A stretch of 64,000 nt of DNA, taken from positions 9,610,001-9,674,000 of the forward strand of contig NC_047020.1 in assembly GCF_902652985.1 (NCBI RefSeq), read 5' to 3'. Each line of letters starts with the position of its first letter. Position 1 is the first letter of the stretch. The notes under the pieces are model-generated. The model was not told the DNA's origin. It did not search any database and saw only the letters and a program-made list of their open reading frames with translations. Made by a program: the position numbers and the translations under genes. Of this stretch, positions 50,691 to 63,200 are shown one piece after another. The DNA comes from Pecten maximus (Eukaryota).

Positions 50691-53600
50691 TAAGTTGGGA
50701 GACTCCCTGTTTTAAAAGAGTTTCCTCATCTGAAGAATCCTCAGAAGTTAGATCTTTAGGTCTGGATTTCCTCTGCTTCTTGAGACGAGCACTGTGTGGT
50801 CTGTGTTCCTGGCGAATACCCTCAAGTGGTAGACTATTACACTGTAATAGAAGATTGCGGTGCAGGCGGCGAATGCGGCCTTTTCCATCCTCGCGACACA
50901 CATCATATACACTCGAATCATTAACACGTTTCCTAACAACATGAATGTGATCCTCCCAGAAGGATCGCAGCTTACCAGGTCCACCACGTTCACCTAAATT
51001 CTTCACCAAAACTCGATCTCCTGGTTCTAATGAAGCGCTGGTGTTTCTCGAATCGTGGTTCATTTTCCCTCTAGCAGCTGATCGATGTGCGTTCTTGGTC
51101 GCAATGCTGTATGCTTCCTTCATACGATCTTTCCACTTACTGGCATAACCAGAGTATGATTCTTTACTCTCACCTTCAGGGTGTGCATGTTGGAACAGTA
51201 GATCAACTGGCAACCGAGGGTGCCTACCGAACAACAAGTAGAATGGTGAAAAGTTCGTAGCGTCTGATCTTGTACAATTGTATGCGTGCACGACCCCATT
51301 CAAATGCTGTTTCCAGTCCGCTTTACCTTCTTTAGTCAGCGTCCTCAACATCCCGAGTAAGGTCCTATTAAAACGCTCCACCTGTCCGTTTCCTTGTGGG
51401 TGGTAAGGTGTGGTGCGCGAGTGACCCACTCCCGACAGCTTCTCGAGATTTTTGAACAGTCTGTTTTCAAATTCGCGCCCCTGGTCATGATGTAAACGAC
51501 AGAGATATCCAAACCGCGGAAAGAAGTCATTGAATAACTTTTCAGCGGCTGTTTTACTACTCTTATTAGTCGTTGCATAGGCCTGCGCGAATCTTGTATA
51601 GTGGTCCATTACCACAAGGATATATTCGTATCCTCCTTTACAACGTTCAAGATGAAGGAAGTCAATAGATACCAATTCAAAGGGAAATGAAGTCTCTATC
51701 GGTGTCAACGGAGCATCACGGCGTTGGTGTGGCCGCTTGTCTTTCATGCACAAACAAGATGCTCTCACAAACTGGTCGACATCAGCCCCCATGTGTGGCC
51801 AATAAAATCTGGCCCTTGCCAAGTCTAGTACCCGGTCAGCACCTAAATGTCCCATTTTAACATGTAACTCTTCCAACACTCTTGACCGGAATCTGTGAGG
51901 CAAAACTAACTGAATTCGTTGGCCATCGGTGCCTGCTGAGCGTCTTTTCAGGAGGTTGTTCTCGTCCACATATAACTTAGGCCATTCCCTCAAAAGTGCC
52001 TTAGTGTCACGCCTCAATTGACGAATTGTGTTCTGTGTGGGCTTTTTCTCCTCCTTCAGAAAACTAAACACAGGTCCAATGTCAGCGTCCTCCCTCTGAG
52101 CGGATTGGAGTTGATCAAGGGAAAATGGAATAATTGCTGAGCTTCCAAGTTTGCCGTTCTCAATGTCTAATGATTTCTCACTAAGGGAGGCAACCCAAAC
52201 ATTTTCTCCCTCTGACCGTGCTGTTGCTGAACATAGAGTGGTTTTCAAAGAATCTGGATCCACGACCTCAGTACAATACGACATTACACGAGAAATATCC
52301 AATGACATGCGGCTAAAACCATCAGCTGCCTGATTCTGGTGTCCTGGTTTGCAATAGATTTTAAATCTAAAGTCGGCCAGTTCAGAAACCCATCTTAACC
52401 GTGTGGCGTCTAGTTTTCTCGATGTGAAAATATACTGTAACGGGTTGTTATCGGAGTATACCGAGAACTCGCGTGCATAGTATAGATAGTCTCTGAAACG
52501 CTCCGCGACCACCCACTTTAAGGCCAAAAACTCCAGCTTCCCTGAGTGGAGGTGGTGATTCTTTTCAGCTGGTGTCAATGTGCGTGAGGCATAGGCGACA
52601 GGAGAAAGACGATGTTTTGAATTCTCTTGATATAAGATCGCTCCCAACCCTTCCTGTGAGGCATCGACATGAACGATAAACGGTTTTTCAAAGTCTGGAT
52701 AAATCATGACTTGACCCTCGGGTTTAATCAAGAGATCAATGAGTTCACTCAATAGTTTATGATGTCTGGGTGTCCATGTTACCTTCACACTCGACGCAAG
52801 TTGTCCACCTTTACCAACCTTTTCCCGCTTAGTATGACTATGACCTTTTGGATTGTTTCCCTCAGCCTCGCCAGAGTTGTCTTGTAGTAGATCGTATAGA
52901 GGTTTTGCTTTGCGCAAGAAATCTGGTATATAGCGACGATAGTACCCTATAAACCCTAACACTTGCCTCACTTCACCAACAGTACCTGGGTTTTTCTCTT
53001 TTAGGCTACGCACCGCCTCAGTGTCAGCCGGATCCATCTTATACCCATTCGGGGTAACAAGGTGACCTAAATACCGTACTTCACGCTTAAACAACTCACA
53101 TTTGCGCGGTTTGAGCTTAATACCATTCTTCTTGAGTCTCTGTAGTACTGCACGTATGTGTTCTATATGTTCCTCAAACGATTTACTGTAGACCAAAATA
53201 TCGTCAAGGTAGGGTAGACAGCATTGGTCTCTCAACCCATCTAGGCACTCATTCATAAACCGCTGGAATGTCCCTGGTGCTCCAGCCAATCCAAATGGAA
53301 TACGGTTCCACTCATACAATCCCCAGGGGGTAATAAATGCTGTATAGGGTCTGCATTCTTCACGAATATATCCCTGATGATAAGCTTTACCCTGGTCTAA
53401 TAATGTAAACCACTGACTACCACCGAGACTGTCGAGTGCATCCTGAATCCTAGGAAGGGGGTGACGATCATCAATGGTCTTCAGATTTAAACGACGATAG
53501 TCGCAGCAGTCTCAAACTTTGATCTTTCTTCCTAACACAGACAACAGGACTCGAGTAGGATGACCTCGACTTTCTTATCCAACCCTTAGCTAATAAATCA

Positions 53601-54916
53601 TGCAAGTAGTCCTTGACCTCCTGGTATAAGGGTTTGGGAATAAATGTATATGACTTCTGTACAGGGATATTGTCAACAAGTTTTATGTCCATTTCTAATC
53701 CTGGTGCATTGCCAATATCATCATCGGATCTCGAGAAAGCCTCCTTCTCCTCATGTAGTAGTTGCCTCACCGCTTTTCTCTGTTCTTCAGAAAGTTCTGA
53801 ACTAGACAAATCTACTGGTTCCCACATATCATCTTCATGAGGTTTTGACTGATTGCTTAGCGACATGTCAGTAGTGTCCTCGACCCTGTCAGTAATGTCA
53901 ACTGGTAAGTGAACAACTGATGCCACGGTCTGTAAAAGACCAATCTCCGTATGCCTGGGAATCATTATGTTATTTTGTGTATGATTTGCGACCACAACCT
54001 TCACCGTACTTGTTTTACCAGTTTTAACCTTAACCAATGTCTCTGTTAATGATAGGCCATATGTTTCGTTCACAGTGGGTACAAAGAGTGCATTCAAGGG
54101 AAACTCCTGGTTATCACCTCTCACAACTGCTCTTACTGTTTTTGAACTGTTTCCTTGAACAACAATGTTACTCCTACCAGTTCTTGCCACTCCTACATCT
54201 TCATTGTGACCTCGGCGAATCAAGGTACACAGGGAGACTAGATCGTCAGCCTTTAAGTCTGGAAATGCCGCTTGTGGCAACTGCGTGTCGGTAGTTTTTA
54301 TCAACTGTTCAATCACATTATAACCCAGGATTGGGTGTTCCATTGAAGTGTCTGTGACAATAAAAGGCACTACTAGTGGCGTCTCTGATGTGTGCAGTAG
54401 AACCTCAACCTGGACCCATCCACGGAATGGTACTGTGGTGCCATTAGCAGAAAATATGGACAAGTCTGGTACCAGTTCACTGACTGGCTGAACAGGAATG
54501 CTCGGTAAGTTCTTGCGCAGCCATTTGTAGTTTAGAAGTGACACTTGGGCACCTGTGTCCCAAAGAACACCAGTTTTTACCTTGTTTAGATCTGCTTGAA
54601 CAATACACTTTGTCCCAACTATTTTGGTCATCTTAATCTTTAACTTAGGTGGTAGACTCAACACACTGCCTTTTAATTCATGAACGGTCACTTTCCTTGA
54701 CACTCCTGTCTCTAACTGTTGAACTTTCTGACATAACGCTTTGTGTGTAGGTCATGCTTTCGCACGACATGCTTGACAACAGTACATAGCTGAATTACAG
54801 CCTTTACATCGTAATGTTGGATTCGTCTTCCCACATTCTCCACAACAAATACCTGGCTGGGACGTTTGCTCCTTGGGTTCTTCTTGTCCCTCTAGAGGAA
54901 CCCTCATTCGTTTCCC
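50691..54916 (-). CDS. pol: Gypsy pol, disrupted: MYND-like finger - aspartic protease - RT - RNase H - integrase
   Basis: LWDTGAQVS (protease), YLDD (RT), VDAS...LEFLAL...SDNNPL (RNase H), H-H-C-C plus SIDF/HHDQG/VERFN (integrase). Lesions: TGA at 54752-54754, frameshift near 53505, and no native stop (the frame runs into the left LTR to 50587). Confidence 0.92.
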
Positions 54917-56109
54917 TGCTTTTTATCGACTTTTGCGCGACAACCCCGTCTGAAGTGCTCCAAACTACCGCAACGGAAGCAATGCTTACAATCAGTGTTC
55001 CCCGACTGTTGACAGGCGGTACAACCCCAGCGTTGTGGACGCGACTGTGGACGTGACTGTGAACTTGCCTGTAGAGCTTCGCGAAGGACAGCGACCTCGG
55101 CTTTGAGTTCCTTTAATTCAACGGAGAAAGTACCCTCCTTGGGCTCACGTTTTTGTTTACTCGAGCTCTGACTCACTTTGTTCACTGAACATGAATTGTT
55201 TTTCTTTCCCAATTTCGAATTTCTTTCCGTTTCTCTGACGGCAATGTCATTCATTTCCTTTAGAAGTATCTCGTCGCTTTTGGTCCTTTTTAAGATGCTC
55301 TCAAATTCTATCCGAACTGACTCACTTCTTAGGCCTGTGAGAACGGAACGTTCGAATAATGCCTGGACCAGGGCTGTATCATAACGGGGTGACGTAGGGT
55401 CACTGTCTTTTGATGCGAAGATGATGTTCTGTTTTAAATTTAGTGTTCTCATTAAGAATTCAGAGCAATCCTCTGAGGGCATCTGTGCTGCTCTATTGAG
55501 TTCGTTGTATAATTCTGTTGCTGATTTTTCCCGATAATGGGCTCTGAGTAGACTTCTTAATGTAGACAAAGAAAGTTCATCTCTACCTTCAAGATAGCTA
55601 CGTAAACCGGAATTAGCTGGTACCGCTTTCAGCACTGCGTCGACTATCTCATAGTCTGGGTAGCCTTTCTTTTCCCCCATCTGCATCTGTCTCACTAATC
55701 CGACATAGGGTATTCCATTTTTCGCATCTACTTGCCCGGTGATCTTAAATTCACGACGATTGAGAGTTATTGGACCTTTCTCCTTCTCTGTTCCTGCTGA
55801 CATGTTTCCAGGCTCAGGTTCGGTCTTTACCTTAACCTCTGGTTCAGTCTTTACCTTTGGAGATGCTGTTACATGGCCCCCTGCCTCAAGGGTTACATCA
55901 GTGACTATTTGGGCACTAAATCCCTTGTCATCGGCTGTCAATTTCTGTTTTTCGAACCATTTCTGTATAATACCGATAACGTTCACTCTATTCTCCTTGT
56001 TTTCCTCACTAATATCAATGCCATTGGTACTAACAACCTCCAGCAAGTCCTCCAGCGAGGCCTGGTATATCCTCCCTATTGTGAAAAGAAAATGCTCTTC
56101 AAACTCCAT
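54904..56109 (-). CDS. gag: Gypsy gag, 401 aa, with C-terminal CCHC zinc knuckle
   Basis: The ORF starts 1 nt after a PBS; CFRCGSLEHFRRGC knuckle; ends at a G GGA AAC slippery site overlapping pol. Confidence 0.9.
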   Translation of the reverse strand: MEFEEHFLFTIGRIYQASLEDLLEVVSTNGIDISEENKENRVNVIGIIQKWFEKQKLTADDKGFSAQIVTDVTLEAGGHVTASPKVKTEPEVKVKTEPEPGNMSAGTEKEKGPITLNRREFKITGQVDAKNGIPYVGLVRQMQMGEKKGYPDYEIVDAVLKAVPANSGLRSYLEGRDELSLSTLRSLLRAHYREKSATELYNELNRAAQMPSEDCSEFLMRTLNLKQNIIFASKDSDPTSPRYDTALVQALFERSVLTGLRSESVRIEFESILKRTKSDEILLKEMNDIAVRETERNSKLGKKNNSCSVNKVSQSSSKQKREPKEGTFSVELKELKAEVAVLREALQASSQSRPQSRPQRWGCTACQQSGNTDCKHCFRCGSLEHFRRGCRAKVDKKQGNE

Positions 56110-56110
56110 G

Positions 56111-56173
56111 ATCCCGGACGAGCCCCCAAAATGTTACACCAGGTATGGAGGGGAGGGGAGATACCAGGACCTG
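56111..56173 (-). repeat. Inverted copy of LTR 3' end (42 bp) plus a perfect tRNA-Pro PBS
   Basis: Reverse complement of 50628-50690 with one mismatch; lies immediately upstream of the gag ATG. Confidence 0.92.
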
Positions 56174-56304
56174 TTTTTGGTGATCACGTGACTTGCTCCT
56201 GACGCCATTAAAACATCTCGAAGAGTACATCTTGTGTCTCCTGTTTTTCAGGTAAAGTATATTTTGGGTAAATGTCGGGATGACATTACTTTTTGGGGGG
56301 AGAG

Positions 56305-56545
56305 TGTTATAGTCAGAAATTATGTTAATAATTATTTCTGGTGTACCCCTATATTTTTTTATTATGTGCAGCATTAAGCGTCTAAAGGGAGACAACTCGA
56401 ATTTATTCACGGTACAATTATCGATCGGTTTTTGGTGATCACGTGACTTGCTCCTGACGCCATTAAAACATCTCGAAGAGTACATCTTGTGTTTCCTGTT
56501 TTTCAGGTCCTGGTATCTCCCCTCCCCTCCATACCTGGTGTAACA
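56305..56545 (+). repeat. Right LTR (3' LTR by PPT position)
   Basis: Preceded by the polypurine tract ggggggagag (56295-56304); near-identical to the left LTR. Confidence 0.95.
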
Positions 56546-57364
56546 CATACACGACTGGCCTCGTAACAAATTATCCACAAAGCTTTCTACAAATAACCAA
56601 CGTAGTGTATATTTACTTCAACCACAAATTAGTTTTGTCAAGTAGGGTTACCTGTTCATTTTCTTTATGTATGTCTATATTGATATCGTCTAACCGTTTC
56701 GGAGAGTCGAGACGTTCAAATGACAAAACACGACCATTGGTTAAATGTACAGAACTTGGACATTCACTTCGTCGTGAACTGGTTGGTAAAATTAAACATA
56801 TGTTCTAAGAATATACAGGTGTGAAATAAAGGAACGATATTGATCTGAAACATAGAATAACTTAAAGAATAACGATAATAAAAACATAACATACACATGG
56901 GGAGTTCCATAAATCAATGGAGATCCGCAATTACATGTATATTGTTTCGCGTTGTCTTTAGTAAGGGAACAACCAACCAATTGAAAAGTCCGATTGATTT
57001 ATTTTCTTCAAAAGTTCAGGTCATAATAATTAATAGGAAATAATTGCAGATTTTTGAGAATTTATACTTCGAAATTCACCTGGCCATTTTGAAAATGGAT
57101 AACCTGGGAAAAGTTTGAGCTGAAGGACCCCCTCTAAGTGTAGGAGTAACTGCTCCTGGTGTGTAGCTGATAGTAATAGTAAAAGCTGTAGTCGGATTTT
57201 TTGACATGCACTTACTTAATTATCTTTAAATTCCATATTTTCTATACCGACTTCCTTCTTGGGAAATTCCTCACCTCTAGTCTGATTATAAATGATATTG
57301 CTGTTATTTGTAAGTCGGTTTTCTTCCTACTCATAACTGATTTGTAAACCTGCAAGTTAAGATA

Positions 57365-58515
57365 TACATATATACACATGTGTTTGTCCCTCTGAGAGGA
57401 CTATACACACATATACATGTGTGTATCCCTCTAACAGTACTATACACACATAATACATGTGTTTGTCCCTCTGACAGGACTATACACATATATATATATA
57501 CATATATACATGTGTGTCCCTCTGACAGGACTATATACACATAATACATGTGTTTGTCCCTCTGACAGGACTATACACATATATACATGTGTTTGTCCCT
57601 CTGACACTATACACATATATCCATTTGTGTGTCACTCCGATAGGACTATACATATATATACATGTGTGTGTCCCTCAGACAGGACTATATACATGAGTGT
57701 GTCCCTCAGACAGGACTATATAAATGAGTACTCCCTCTGACAGGACTATATACATGTGTGTGTTCCTCTGACAGGACTACATACATGAGTGTGTCCCTCA
57801 GACAGGACTATATACATGAGTGTGTCCCTCTGACAGGACTATATACATGTGTGTGTTCCTCTGACAGGACTATATACATGTGTGTGTCCCTCTGACAGGA
57901 CTATATACATGTGTGTGTCCCTCTGACAGGACTATATACATGTGTGTGTCCCTCTGACAGGACTATATACATGTGTGTGTCCCTCTGACAGGACTATATA
58001 CATGTGTGTGTCCCTCAGACAGGACTATATACCTGTGTGTGTCCCTCTGACAGGACTATATACATGTGTGTGTCCCTCTGACAGGACTATATACATGTGT
58101 GTGTCCCTCAGACAGGACTATATACCTGTGTGTGTCCCTCTGACAGGACTGTACACATATCTACATGTGTGTGTCCCTCAAGGGGCCGCGGTGGCGGAGT
58201 GGTTAAGGTGTCCCGACACTTTAACACTAGCCCTCCACCTCTGGGTTGCGAGTTCGAAACCTACGCGGGGCAGTTGCCAGGTACTGACCGTAGGCCGGTG
58301 GTTTTTCTCCGGGTACTCAGTTTTTCCTCCACCTTTGAAACCTGGCACGTCCTTAGATGACCCTGGCTGTTAATAGGACGTTAAACAAAAACAAACAAAA
58401 GTGTGTCCCTCTGACAGGACTATATACATGGGTGTGTACCTCTGACAGGACTATATACATGAGTAGTCCTCCTGACAGGACTATATGCATGGGTGTGTAC
58501 CTCTGACAAGAATAT
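57365..58515. repeat. Minisatellite, ~31-bp unit (tgtgtgtgtccctctgacaggactatataca), interrupted by a SINE
   Basis: Directly visible; the array resumes after 58400. Confidence 0.95.
58182..58400 (+). mobile_element. Full-length tRNA-derived SINE (V-domain-like)
   Basis: ggggccgcggtggcggagtggttaagg (box A), gagttcgaaacc (box B), ggtggtttttctccgggtactcagtttttcctcc (V-like core), aaac tail; gtgtgtccctc duplicated on both sides. Confidence 0.92.
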
Positions 58516-58619
58516 GACTATATGTATTAATTTCATACAAGTATTCCGAAACTATAGCTAGTACCAAAACGGACTGAATATGATATCGATATTGATCCAG
58601 CGCTGATTGAGATTGCTAT

Positions 58620-58800
58620 TAGAGAGTTAATTGATGGGGACTTGACCACTGCTGATGGTAAACTGTGCCAATCACCAATAACTTCGACTGGGCAATAACA
58701 CTTCCTGATATTCAATCTTGTGTTTAGTTTTACTTTATTTGTCTTTTTTCTTTTGCTGAGTCCCCTCGTTTTGTTTGATCCAGCAGCCTGAAACCATTTT
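58620..58800 (-). mobile_element. Degenerate 3' fragment of a CR1/L2-type LINE ORF2
   Basis: Translation TRGLSK...RLNIRK...VIGDWHSLPSAVVKSPSINSL resembles the typical ORF2 C-terminus (TRGH...WNSLP..VV...S.N.FK). Confidence 0.55.
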
Positions 58801-59624
58801 TTTGAGTTTATGTGGAGCCCATTTAGTGTCATATATACAGCAGAATAATGTTTAATTTCAAACACGATTAAATATCTAAATAACTTGCTGAAGATGCTAT
58901 CAGTTTCTTTTACAGAGTTATTTTGAAGTAAGGTGTAGCATTGACTAATTCTAAGTCACGCAAATGACCAAACCTGGCAAAATAGCCAAGCTGTTATGCT
59001 CACAACTGTTTATAACACAGATTAAGGGTATTTGTTTGACCGGTTTTCACTTTATGTACATTGTACGTATAAACGTTTATTTATGCTTGTAAAATATCAC
59101 TGTTTTGACTGGATTTACTGTTTAGATGCCCCTTAACTTTGTATACTTGGATCGTGTCATATATTTTTCTCTTATATTGATGTGATAGTATACATATATG
59201 TCGGAGTCTTTCAGGATATGGCAGGTCTGATATATGTTGATTGCAATAGAACGTAATATATACAATACTTATTGATCCATTGTCATCGGACGTTCTGTAA
59301 CCGATACACAATAAGTGCCCTGTATCCGGTCGTCTCATTGATAGGGTATCACGTGATGTACGACCACCTGTCATACAATGCGTACATCAAATTGAATAAC
59401 AATGTATGAATATGAAATCATCAAACCGGAAATAATATAATATTTATTATCAGTATTGTAAACTTGGAAAAACCATTAGCATTGACACCACTACACAGAA
59501 TAGGCCGGATGTCCAACACTGTAACAAAGCGTATTTGGTAATACTTATCAGGATAGGTTGCAAAACGATAAAAATGAAAATTTACAAAAAGTAAGGGCAT
59601 TAACTCATATGTAAAGTCATTAGT

Positions 59625-60030
59625 GTGTTTTGTTTTTCTGATCATATCAATATGTTTTGTTTTCTGATCATATCAATATGTTTTGTGTTTCTGATCATAT
59701 CAATATGTTTTGTTTTCTGATCATATCATTATTTGTTGTTTTCTGATCATATCAATATGTTTTGTTTTCTGATCATATCAATATGTTTTGTTTTCTAATC
59801 AAATTAATGTTATAAGTATTCTCATTATATGGATCGGTTTTGTTTTCTTATCATATTAATGTGATCTGTGTCCTGATCATATTAATATGTTTTGTTTTCT
59901 GATCATTTTAGTGTATTCTGTTTTCTGATCATTTTAGTGTATTTTGTTTTCTGATCATTTTAGTGTATTCTGTTTTCTGATCATTTTAGTGTATTCTGTT
60001 TTCTGATCATTTTAGTGTATTTTGTTTTCA
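59625..60030. repeat. Minisatellite, ~26-bp unit (ttttctgatcatatcaatatgttttg and variants)
   Basis: Directly visible. Confidence 0.9.
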
Positions 60031-60141
60031 TCATGTTCGCGACATGATCATAAATTTGGCTGTTATCTAATTACAGGTGATATCCGGGTTATGTATTTAG
60101 TAAAAGTATTATATAGAACTATGAGAAATATTGCACATCAT

Positions 60142-60286
60142 GATGGGTATGGTCAATACTAATGGAGTCTGTTTCACCTCACGTAAGGATGTGTTTGGTC
60201 AATAATAATTGAGTCTGTTTACACCTCACGTTAGGATGTGTATGGTCAATATTAATGGTGTAGGTTTTCACCTCCTGTCAGAATGT
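60142..60286. repeat. 47-bp minisatellite, left part (continues at 63821-63973)
   Basis: gatgggtatggtcaataataatggagtctgttttcacctcacgt units on both sides of the LINE. Confidence 0.85.
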
Positions 60287-63200
60287 AAACATATTTTATT
60301 GACATACAATAATGACAAAGGGATTAGTCAGCAATGTTAACCAACTTATAAACGACTTATCCCATAATAATAACAAAATAATAAACAATAACATAGTCAC
60401 ATGATGGGATTTACAAATATTCAGAANNNNNNNNNNNNNNNNNNNNNNNNNNNNNNNNNNNNNNNNNNNNNNNNNNNNNNNNNNNNNNNNNNNNNNNNNN
60501 NNNNNNNNNNNNNNNNNNNNNNNNNNNNNNNNNNNNNNNNNNNNNNNNNNNNNNNNNNTCCTGACCTTCTCAAGAGGTTTTGCACAACTTTGGCGATTTT
60601 TGTATTTTAAGTTGAGGAGATATTCGTGTCACCATTGCAAAGTATATTTACATTAACAGGACCGTACCAGGTTAAATCAGCAATAAAAGTTCCTCTTAAG
60701 TTGTTGTACAGGGGACGGTTAAGGAAAAAATGATGGGAATCTTCACAGGGATGTCCACATTGACAAGCAGGTGAATCAACGAGATTGGCTCTAAAAAGAT
60801 CATAGCTTAGTGCACTTGCTCGATTTCTTATTCTGTTGTGTAGAATATTTAGTTTTCGAGGACCATAACTGATAAAATGCTTGTCATATATACTGTTTAC
60901 TGTCATCGATTTTTTTAGATTAGATTTGAAGGAACTTAAAGTAGGCGAGTTTCTGATAGTGTTATGTAAGTCATTCCAAAGTTTTGAAGTAGAAGGAAAG
61001 AAAGAGTTTTTTGATAGTTGTAGACGAAAGTGTTGTGCCCTAAATAAATTTGCATTCCGTCAATTATAAGGAGCTGTGTTGTCAATATACATTGCTAGTA
61101 GGTCGATAAGAAAAGTAGGTACCAGATTATTGACTATAGAATAGAATAAGGAGAATTTCCGAGCATATCTTCTCTTCCAGATATAAGAACTCTGTTTTTG
61201 TGAATATGGGTAGCCCTGTGGCTGTTCTTGCGGTCTCTAGATTTATTTTTTCTAATAACAATGAGTTTGTTGTACCGCAGTTGTCACATACTTCACATGC
61301 ATATTCAAGTAATGGTCGTATATAGGTAAGGTACATTTTTTTTCTAATGTGTTCCTGTTTAAGATAAGTTTTAATTTTATATATTTAGTTACTTTATTGA
61401 CTATAGATTCTACATGTACGTTCAACTAACAATCATCAGAAGAGAATGACTCCTAGGTGTTTATGGTGGTTTGTTATTTTAATTGGGATATTGTCGAATG
61501 TAAAGGACGGAACAAAAGGAAGTTATCTAGTTGATATTACGAGGGCCTCGGTTTTATTAGGATTAAAGGACATAAGCCATTCATTGGACCAAATTTCAAG
61601 TTTTAATAAGTCGCGTTTAGCCTCCGTCTCAATAAGGTTGAGGTCATATGACGCGTAGGATAGAGATGTATCGTCAGCGAAAAGCCTAGATAGAGATGAA
61701 AGATTACAGGAAATATCATTTATGTATAGTAGAAAGAAAAGTGGACCAAGAACTGACCCTTAAGGGGACACCATCATTTATAGGCTTAAGAGAGGAAAGT
61801 GAATCATTGATAAATACAGCTTGTTTTCTTTTTGAAAGATAACTAGCCACCCAACGAAGAAGAGGTCCAGAGATACTATAATTGTCGAGTTTATGTAAGA
61901 GGCCTTTCTGCCACACGCGGTCAAATGCCTTAGAAAAATCACAAAAAAAAAAAATAAGATAGAATGTTCATAATTTTCTAAGGAAGAAATGATTGAATGA
62001 TATATTTCAATAAGTTGATGTGTTGTGGAGTGATTTGGTAGGAATCCAGACTGATACTTATAGATAAGGTCGTTTTCGATTAAAAAATTGTAAATATGCT
62101 TATATACTACACGCTCAAAAAGTTTACCTATACAACTTAGCAGCGACATAGGTCTGTAATTAGAGACAATGCTTGCATCATTGGCCTTAAATATAGGCAT
62201 TACATGAGCAATTTTCCAGCTCTCAGGAAATATACAAGATGACAAAGAATAATTGAATATAAAAGAAAGTGGTATAGAAATTTCACTTGAGAGTAATTTT
62301 AGCATTCTGTGACTGATACCGTCAGGACTTGACGCCTTTTTAACATCTAGATTTTTTATAATGTCTTCAACTTCACTGGAAACGCTATGTATTTCTGATA
62401 AAATAGAATCTGTCCTCTTTTCAAAAAAGGGTAATTCTTTATCTATGACATTTTCTGACAGAGTACACACAGAGCTAAAATAAGTATTCAACAGTTCACA
62501 TTTCCTATTGTTGTCATATATAATTTCATTCGTAGAACTATCAAGTAGAGGAGATATATCTGGGGTTTTTTTTTTTACCTCTGAGAAGGTTTCCCAGAAG
62601 TTTCCAATACACTTTTGGGTTGTTATTACTATTGTCTATAACTGTGTTAATGTTTTCATAAAATATCTCTTTAGCCCTCTTTATCATATTATTTACTTTA
62701 CTCCTCATATGCTTGTATTTATTCTTATTGGACTCTGAATTATTATTAAACATTATTTTTTTTAAGTCCGTCTCTTTTCCTTATATTACGTCTTACCATT
62801 CCATTCATCCATGGTTTATCACTGTCGCGTACTAATATTTCTTTTGATGGTATACATTTATCAATAGCATCATGGAATTTTTCAGTAAAGAAATTACACA
62901 TTTCATTAACATTTGAAAGATTGGTAAAAGTGTCAAACCAGGGAATACTGTTAATCATTCCTTTTAACTTATAAATATCGGTTTGATCATATTGTTTGAT
63001 TTTAACAGGACTATTTATAATTGCGAAAACGGCATCATGGTCACCTATACATGTAGTTCGCTCAATGTCAATAACATCGGAAAAAATTACATGTGTAGTA
63101 TCACTTACAATGATAGGGTCAAGAAGGGTTGAGAAGGTATCGGTTTGTCTAGTGGGTTCGGTAATGACATTGGTTAAATTATAATTGGACAAAATATCAC

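Larger units (their letters stand above)
50429..56545. mobile_element. Gypsy/Ty3 LTR retrotransposon with inverted internal gag-pol segment
   Basis: 241-bp direct LTRs (50429-50669, 56305-56545; TGTTATA...TGTAACA; 2 differences seen); CATA TSD at 50425-50428 and 56546-56549; + strand PBS (50673-50690) and PPT (56295-56304); gag-pol on the - strand. Confidence 0.95.

Noticed and set aside
56099-56578. 159-aa and 94-aa (50325-50609) ORFs as accessory genes
   Set aside because: They are antisense translations of LTR sequence and its partial duplication.
58182-58270. tRNA gene
   Set aside because: The box A/B head is followed by a SINE body and A-rich tail, and the same head occurs three times in the window.
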